DNA of 64,000 nucleotides, from the NCBI GenBank assembly GCA_958009085.1, contig OY253688.1:372001-436000 (forward strand), in the 5' to 3' direction. The translations under genes and the position numbers were made by a program. The notes under the pieces were generated by a model. The model was not told the origin of the DNA. It did not search any database and saw nothing but the letters and a program-made list of their open reading frames with translations. Below are positions 56,688 through 64,000 of this stretch, piece after piece (position 1 is the stretch's first letter; every line of letters starts with the position of its first letter). The stretch comes from Protoeuglena noctilucae (Eukaryota).

Positions 56688-57293
56688 ATGCCCGACATCA
56701 CGAAGCGACTGAGCAGGCTGGTGCTACGGCGCCGGCCCCCGGCCACCCCGGGCCAGGCGGCCCCGACCCAGGCGCCCCCGACCCCGGCGCCCCCGCCCCA
56801 GCCCCCCGCTCCCCCAGTGCAGCCCAGTGAGGAGCTCATGGAGAGCCGGAGCGTCGCGCCAGTCTTCACCGACGCCGCGGCCGCGGTGCTGCCCGAGATG
56901 AGGCCGGGCTTCTCCAGCTTCCTCGCTTCCCCCGAGTTCGACCCCTGGTCGTGGTTCTTCGTCACGACAGACGGCGAGACGGCCGAGGACGCCGCGGTCG
57001 CCTTCTTCGGCGGGCGACGGGGCTTCTGGTGCTTGGGCTGGGTGCTGGCCCGCTCGAGGGCCCCCCTCCTCTGCCGCGCCCGGTGCACGCACAAGCTGAC
57101 CCCCTCGTCTTGGCGGACCACAGCGAGCCTCGATGAGGACCCGCTCCCGGACGCTGCCATGCTGCGGGAGAGCCTGAGGGCGCTCTGGGCATGGGAGGCG
57201 GCCGCGGCCGATAAGTGGCTGCTTTATTGCTGGGCTGACGCGAGTGGGCGTAGGCACCACGCGGATGGTTGCGCCGGGCAGAGCGCCATTTGA
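56688..57293 (+). CDS. PLV hypothetical protein with a Pro-rich N-terminus and Trp-rich C-terminal domain
   Basis: ATG ORF ending at the start of the right subterminal repeats. Confidence 0.55.
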   Translation: MPDITKRLSRLVLRRRPPATPGQAAPTQAPPTPAPPPQPPAPPVQPSEELMESRSVAPVFTDAAAAVLPEMRPGFSSFLASPEFDPWSWFFVTTDGETAEDAAVAFFGGRRGFWCLGWVLARSRAPLLCRARCTHKLTPSSWRTTASLDEDPLPDAAMLRESLRALWAWEAAAADKWLLYCWADASGRRHHADGCAGQSAI

Positions 57294-57547
57294 AGGCTCG
57301 CTGTTGCGGTACGAGGGGTCGCTGTTGCCGGACGAGGGCCGGAATGAATGTTTCGGCGCGCGGAAGTCCCGCAGAGGTCCCGCAGAAGTCCCGCCGGGGT
57401 CGCGCGGGGGTCGCGCGGTGAGGGGCCCGGGCCCCCAGCCGAAGCCCCGCCGGGGTCGCGCCGAAGTCCCGCCGAAGTCGCGCCGGAGTCCCGCCGGGGT
57501 CGTGCAAGGGCTCGCTGCTGTCGGACGGGGGCAGGGTACGGAGTACC
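57294..57547 (-). repeat. Right subterminal repeats (rearranged inverted copies of the left subterminal modules)
   Basis: For example, GGGGTCGTGCAAGGGCTCGCTGCTGTCGGACGGGGGC is the reverse complement of blocks near 35107 and 35289. Confidence 0.8.
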
Positions 57548-57856
57548 CCCGTGGTTTCGGCGTGCAGAAGTCCCGCAGAAGTCGTGCCGAAGTCCCGCAG
57601 GAGTCGTGCGGAGATCGCGCAGAGATCGCGCGGGGATCGCGCCGGGATATTTCGACGGTTTTCGCGCGGTTTCGGGGGTTGTTTCTTACAGGGTTTTTGA
57701 CGGGAAAATCCGTCGCGCGCAGTTGGGCGTAGTTTTTGCGGGAAATTATTTGTTAAAAAAACAGAAAAGAACGTGCAGACGCCAGGTCCGGACCGGGTGG
57801 GACGGGGTCGGACGGGGGCCGGACCGGGCCCGAACTGCGCAAGTCCTCCTACTGCT
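57548..57856 (-). repeat. Right terminal inverted repeat (309 bp)
   Basis: Reverse complement of 34762-35070; ends CTACTGCT. Confidence 0.95.
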
Positions 57857-57860
57857 TGAC
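57857..57860 (+). repeat. Target-site duplication TGAC (right copy)
   Basis: CTACTGCT-TGAC-gatg. Confidence 0.85.
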
Positions 57861-57861
57861 G

Positions 57862-60800
57862 ATGACGCGGGCCACCCCCAAGCACGGGAGCGCGGGGACT
57901 CCCAGCCCTGCGCGCGGCGATCGCAGCAAGCCGAACAGTCTCGCGTCGCTCCTCGCGTGCGTGTGCTTTGGATCAGGGTCCCCTCGAGGTGCGTGCAAGA
58001 CATTGTCGCACCTTTTCTTTGCCTGAGGTCCCCGGGCTTCGCGCAGCGCCCCGACATGGAGCTTTCGATGCATTTCATGCGTGCCGATGCAGGCAAGCGC
58101 ACGGAGCGGGCACGGACGCGGCAGGCCGCGCGGGAGGCCCCCACACAGTCGGCGACGCCGAGGAGAGAGGAAAGGTCGCCGGGGGAGGCCCAGCAAGCGC
58201 CGGGACCGACTCGCGCAGAGTGAGACGTGAACATCATGCGGTGTCAAAGCTGCTTTTCGACTAACGCCACCGCTTGTGCGGCGCGGAGGAGCGCACAGAG
58301 CTAACTGTCGCTCCAGCCGCGGCCTTCGTCGTTTCTCGCCGCAGATCCACCGAGAGCAGCGAGCTCGGGCACGAGATTGAGCGGAGATGGGCAGGGTCGG
58401 CTTCCGTGCGCGGGTCCGAGCAAAAGTGAGCGCGGGATTGACGCATGCCCTTTGCAACCTTGATACCCCGGTGCGAGCGCGCTTTGACGCGGTGCATTGC
58501 GTCACTTTCCATCATGTATGGTTTATATCGTGCTCGCAGGCAAGCAGAGGCGCGAACAGTGTTCTCAGCGGTCACAGCGAAACCCGAGGCGTCACCAGTC
58601 GCGTCGCCCTACGGGGAGGTGCCCAGAGGTCCTGGCCAGGCCAGCACCCGACCGGCCGTGTCGAGCGTCGATGAGGCGACGCAGACGGTCGGAAAGGAGG
58701 GCGCTGGCGAGATTGTCGCCCCGTCACCACAAGCGGTGGCTGGGGAGGGCGGCGTGGGGGCGGGTGCTGGCGTCACCGGGACCCCTGCATCGCCTGCCGC
58801 GGCTGCCGGGGCTGCGTCATCGCCGGAGACAGCCCGGCGTGTTCAGAAAGCATCTGAGGAGGCTCATGCGAGCAACGATGCGTGTGCACCTGATGCCATT
58901 CACCTCACGATGGCGCCGGCAGGGTCCCAGCACACTGGGGCTGCTGCTGTGAAGCCTCAAGTCTCTCCGCACGTCGGAGTGCCGGCTGCGGCGGAAGTGG
59001 AAAAGGGCGCGGCTGCGAGGGAGGGAGGGGCAGGTGCATCGGTGGAGGTGGGCGACGCTGCGGTCCCTTCCAAGGCCCAGGATGACGCGGACAGAGACCT
59101 GCCCGAGCCGAGTGCCCTGCTATCGTCAGAGGCGAAGGACGAGGTGCGGGAGGACCTGCCTGTGTCGACACCGGCCGCGCCGGGGAACGAAGCGAGCCCC
59201 CTCAAGGCAGGCAGCTTCCGGGGCGCGACGTCTAGGCGCAGCACGGGGGGTTCGATCGTGATGGACAGGGACAGGGACTCCGGGCAGGCGTCGCCCAGCA
59301 GCCCACTCCCGAGGTGAGGAGGCTATGGACAAGCCCTGTTAAGGGGTGTGTCATTGATGAACGCTATGTTGCGTGCTGCCAGGAACGATGAGTGGCTGAG
59401 TGGTGGACTGGCATTGTCCCCTCGCGTGTTGCCACCTCACCTCACCTGTGCGCAAAGAATGTGGGATATCACATCGTGTCGTGATAACCGCCCCCGCCCA
59501 CCACCGCTACTCTCCGCAGGTCCCTGCTGTCGTTACACCCGCTGAGAGACCTGGACCGACCCCCGCGGCGGTCGTCGCGGCGCAGCTCTGGCGTCTCTCC
59601 TAAAGATACGCCCGTCCGCACGAGCCCTGGGCTGTCGCCAAAGGACACCCCGGGCCAGGCGAGCTCGTCGGTGGCGGTGGCGACGGACGAGAGCGCCGTG
59701 CTGAAGGGCGTGGGCGTCGGGGACATCCATCGTGTCGTGCCGGTGGAATGGGAGATGGCTGCCGAGTGCGTGGAGTCACACGCTGGTGCTGAGCCGACCA
59801 CGGCGGGTGAAGGGGTGACAACGACCGGTGCAGAGCGACACAGTGTGGGTGCAGAGATGGCCACGGCGGGGGCAGAGCCGGCCACTGCTGAGCAGCTGGC
59901 GGCGAGCGCGACGTCAGCATCGCCAGCCCCGCGCGACGGCGACAGCGGGGTGGAGACGGAGGCGACGGGGGCGGACGGCCTGGCGACAGGCACGGGCACC
60001 GACGATGGGACCAAGGAGGGCCGGCCGAGTGGCTTGTCGATGGCAGACGGCGTTGGGGGCTCTGACTTCGAGGCAGCGTACGAGGGCGAGCCTTTGAGTG
60101 ACCTGGAGGGTCCCTTACTCGCGTTACTGGGAAAAATGTACGGGCGCCCCGTGACAGCCGCCTCCCAGCTGCCCCTCCTGCCTTGCCCGCCCTGGCGCAA
60201 GGGCGAGGGGGGATACCTCGACTTCCTGACCAAGGCGAGGAGTTGACTGTCTGATTGCCTGCTGGCAGACACATGATGGACTGTCATGCTTTGCTGCTCG
60301 GTTGTGTCGCACTTGGTGTGGCACTCTGCCGAGCTGGCACCCGTGCACATCACACTCACTACAGTCTCACTCTCTTATCGTATCCCAGGACCAGCGAGAG
60401 GCCCTGCGCAAGATGCGGGAGATGCACCTGGTATCGTACCGCATCCACACCGACCACGACATGCTGCGGTTCCTGAGGGCGAGGGAGTTCAACCTCCCGG
60501 CTGCCTCCGCCATGTACGCCAACTACCTCCAGCTCTACCTCCCCAGCCTCCAGCTGTCGCCCCAGCCGCCCATCCGACCCATCGTCAACCACGACATCAC
60601 GTTCCTGCAGGACATCCCGCCCAGGTGTTACCAACGGTACTGGCAGTGATGAAGGTCACGCGTATATGCACACCCCTACCATGCATACCATAAGCCCAGG
60701 CCTCATTCCAGGGTCAGCCACTCGGCCTTTGCTGCCCTATCTCATGCGCTCATCACAAGCACACCACAAGCGAGCAACAGCAGTCGAGCCACTTATGTGA

Positions 60801-63800
60801 CACCGCATTGCATGAGTAGTAGTACCTACTGCAATCCCTCGCAGGGGCGAGCGCGTCTCTCGGAGGCTCCAGGCGGTCTTTGACCACTTCCTGGAGGTGG
60901 CGGTGGTGGGGGCCGACCGCAGCGGCCGACCCATCGTGTGGAATCGGCTGAAGGAGACGATCGACCGGCAGTACGGCACGAGGACGTCGGTCTTGGACCG
61001 CCTCTTGCTGCAGGCGAGAGAAGCAGCGAAGCACGTGTGGGGCCTGCCCTGCGAGGCACGCGGCACGTTCGCTGCATAGCACGTTCGGACCCACCATGCC
61101 GGCTGCGATGGTACTTTGCAGCTGCCATTGTCGTTCGTTCAGCGACCCTGATGCCTGGCCAATGAGACTGTTACCTCATCATGTAACCTTGTTTGTTTTG
61201 ACTCCCGTCCCACGCAGGCAGCTTCCCAGGAGGCGCTGCGCCTGGTCTGCCACCAGCAGTCGTGCAAGCACGGATTCAACATCGAGGAGGTGGTGATCGG
61301 TGAGACCCTACTAGGCATTGGAAGCAAAGATTGCCGTAACTATTAACCACACCCATCATGCCTACTGAAAAGTGCATGCACAACCATGGTGACGATCAGC
61401 ACATACAAGCCGTTACCTTGCCAATTTGCCCGCGCCCGTCGCAGTGATCGACATGAACGGGATGTCGCTAATTGGACTGCACAGGCACCTCACGCACCCC
61501 GCCATCAAACAGGAGACGAACCTGTCGCTGGATTACTTCCCAGAGACACTCAGCCGCGTCCACATCATCAACGCCCCCTTTGGGACACAGGCAAGTGACG
61601 GTGGCTGCTCAACACGAGATGCGGTGGTAACTGGGGTTAGCTACCCATTGCTGGCATTCTGCACCCTTGTAGCCCGGCCAGGGCTCGCTGCCCGAGTCTT
61701 GGTGTGTATCATTACTATCTCCTATGCAGCTCATCGTTTTCCATCAACGCAGCCCATCTGGAACGTCGTCAAGTTCATCCTGCCGCCCAAGACCCGCGGG
61801 AAGTTCAACATCCTGGTGAGGCTCAGGCCAGGGCACAAAAGCCTTACAAATCCCCCTCGCATTGTTGCTCCAAGCATAGCAGTCAGTTTATGTGACAAGA
61901 GAACATCATTTCATGATGTTTCACCCATGGCTTCCGAAACGACACCCACATCACGCGTAACCCCCCCCAGGGCCACAACTACAAGGGCGAGCTGTGCCGT
62001 GCTTTGGGGCAGGAGAACGTGCCGCGGTGCTATGGGGGCACCCTCGACTGGGAGTGGCGCCCCCTCCGGCCATTGTCAGAATGGGGCGCCGTGAGTGCCA
62101 GGGAGCTGCCGCTCGAGGACGACGAGGACATCGTCAAAGTGCAGGCGAGAGAGAGGGAGTGGGTGGTATGCAGACATAGTGCTATGTATGAAAACTTGTT
62201 ATGTGTAGGCACTCGTTGGCACTGGTTGACGTGGTATATCAAGATGCCTCGTTCTTCATTCCCTGCTCCGCAGAAGTCCCCAGATGCGGAGCTGCGGCGT
62301 GGGGCGGGGCGCGCGGCGAGCCTGGAGGCGCGGGGCGGTGGGCAGGAGGCTGCGACGGTGCAGCATTCGTCGGCGGAAGGGTCGATGGCCGGGGCGAGTC
62401 CTCCCAAAGAGGGCAAGGATGGGGGCGTGGGGGAAGGGGAGGGCCGTGGCGATGTGGAGGGGCAAGGGGGGTCTGGGGGAGAGGTGGAGCGAGAGGGACA
62501 GGGTGGCTTGGATGGGGAGCGCAAGGCGGAGGAGTCACCGATTCGCGACGCCAAGCGAGCGAGGCGAGAGCTGCAACTGGGAGAGTCGAGGGTAGAGCGT
62601 GAGGTTGGGGCAGCTGGGATTGGTCAAGGGAGTGGTTTGGGTGGTCTGGGGGGCAGTGTGAATGTGGGAGAGTCGCGAGAAGCCACGGGCCGAGAGATGG
62701 GGGTGCAGTCAGATGCAGGGAGCGTGCTGACAGGACAACAGGGCATTGTGCATGTCGGGGTGTCGGGGCAGATTGGCGCGGGGTCACAAGAACATGGAAT
62801 GGGAAGCAATGGGGTCCAGGGTGACCTCTCTGCTGTGGGTCGCGATGAGGGCGGTGATGGGGCGGCGGTGTTGGCTGGGCACGTTGCAGAGGGTAACGGA
62901 GCAGCAGAGGGTGTTGAGCGGGGCGGGAGGGTGGCGTCAGCGAGTGTCGGGGGTGGTGAGGGGGCTGTGTCGGCACCGTCGTCGCCATCGTCACCCCTGC
63001 ATGGGGTGGCATCGGTGTCGCAAGAAGGGCCGGGGTCAGAAGGGGTGCGGGGAGGCCAGGAGAAGGTGCTTGCGGCAGGCACAGAGGCCGTGTTGATGGC
63101 GGAGGAGGGAGCGGGCGGAGCTGTAATCGCCCTGGCTAACGCGGGGGCTCTGGCAGTCGATACGCCAGTTCCCGGCATGTTGCAGTCGGTGCCTGGTGCA
63201 ACTGGGCCTGACGCCTCGGCATCGTTACAGGCCCACACGGTTGCCGTGAGCGATGCGACGAGCAGCGGCCCGAGCGACCTGGGAGCATCGCGGGGTGCCT
63301 TGGCCGACGCCTTGCCAGGAGCCCAGGCGGGGAATCACGTAACATCGAATGGCGCGATGCCGATGCCGCGGTCGGAGTCGGAGATAACCGTGGGCCCCGA
63401 GTTACAGTTACTGCCGCAATCGGGGTCTGAGGCAGCAATGACTGGCACGGGGTCCGTCCCACAGTCGGGGTCAGAGACGCGGCTGGCGGATGCAGAGCCG
63501 TTCACGGCAGAGATCAGTTTCCGTCTGGATAGGGGCTCGTCAGAGACGTCGGCATCCGCAGCTGCGGTCGACACGAGGCCGCCGGCGCTTGGCATGCCGG
63601 CCCTCGCCATAGCACGTACTGAGGACACCGGGCCTCGTTTGGGTGTCGCAGAGGGTGCGGGACAGTCGGGGGCGACCGTGGATGTAGACGGCGGCTCCCG
63701 TGGCGCTGGGGAGACGGGGGTTACGGAGCCAGCAGGTGTGGGGAGGGACGGGGGCCACGGTGGGGATGAGGGAGGCAGCGTGAGTCCCGCACCCCCACCA

Positions 63801-63950
63801 GAGGTCGGCACACCTGGGGGATCGCCGGCGGAGGCGCGTGCGGAGGTTCCGGCGCCGGAGAGCGACACTGACAGCTCAGAGATGACGGAGGTGAGAGTGG
63901 GTTGCATGCGTGTGTTGTGTGTGGGTGTGGGTGGGTGTGGGCTTGACTGA
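57862..63950 (+). CDS. CRAL-TRIO/Sec14 lipid-binding protein with long low-complexity arms; multi-exon, 3' end probably at or beyond the window edge
   Basis: LTK|DQREAL...DHDMLRFLRAREFN, VIDMNG, YFPETLSRVHIINAP, IWNVVK...TRGKF, VPRCYGG; the 5' exons splice in frame from ATG 57862. Confidence 0.85.
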
Positions 63951-64000
63951 GGGGGTGGCATTGCGATGCTCGTGTGCTCATCTCGGTCCCTGCAGTCTGA

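Larger units (their letters stand above)
34762..57856. mobile_element. Endogenous Polinton-like virus, 23.1 kb, apparently complete
   Basis: 309-bp TIRs, TGAC duplication on both flanks, and intronless, tightly packed genes for MCP, penton, A32 ATPase, RVE integrase and a PolB-helicase fusion, set among intron-rich host genes. Confidence 0.95.

Noticed and set aside
55301..56830. 509-aa plus-strand ORF
   Set aside because: Mostly antisense to two minus-strand ORFs with better codon bias; no recognisable motifs.
34762..57856. Bacterial prophage or contaminant, given the MTase, fibre motifs and intronless genes
   Set aside because: The TIRs, TSD, A32 ATPase, RVE integrase and PLV-type capsid genes, plus host sequence continuous across the empty site, indicate a eukaryotic endogenous virus.
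34762..57856. Canonical Polinton or virophage
   Set aside because: No adenain-type maturation protease or canonical DTD polymerase is visible, the TSD is 4 bp, and the 392-aa MCP is shorter than typical virophage MCPs.
57244..58223. ORFs spanning the right TIR into host DNA (and mirror ORFs at the left end)
   Set aside because: Translations of GC-rich repeats; only the 58093-58219 portion is a real host exon.

Overview
This is GC-rich, intron-dense eukaryotic nuclear DNA, most consistent with a chlorophyte green alga. About 18 compact host genes flank a complete-looking 23.1-kb endogenous Polinton-like virus (PLV) at 34762-57856. The element has 309-bp terminal inverted repeats (5'-AGCAGTAG...CTACTGCT-3') and a 4-bp target-site duplication (TGAC). 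Its intronless genes encode a double-jelly-roll-type major capsid protein, a penton-like protein, an A32-like packaging ATPase, a lipase, a 1780-aa fibre, a DDE/RVE integrase and a C5 DNA methyltransferase. It also encodes a 1590-aa replication protein that appears to join an OTU-like protease, a degenerate protein-primed PolB, an SF1 helicase and an HNH-type nuclease. The virus lies between a host TATA box (34692) and the start codon (57862) of a CRAL-TRIO/Sec14 gene. The host DNA shows two candidate bicistronic loci (PIG-Y/TFIIIC-102 and twin-CX9C/small membrane protein) and many GC-AG introns. All calls come from reading motifs by eye with no database search; host gene spans include introns and start sites are approximate.
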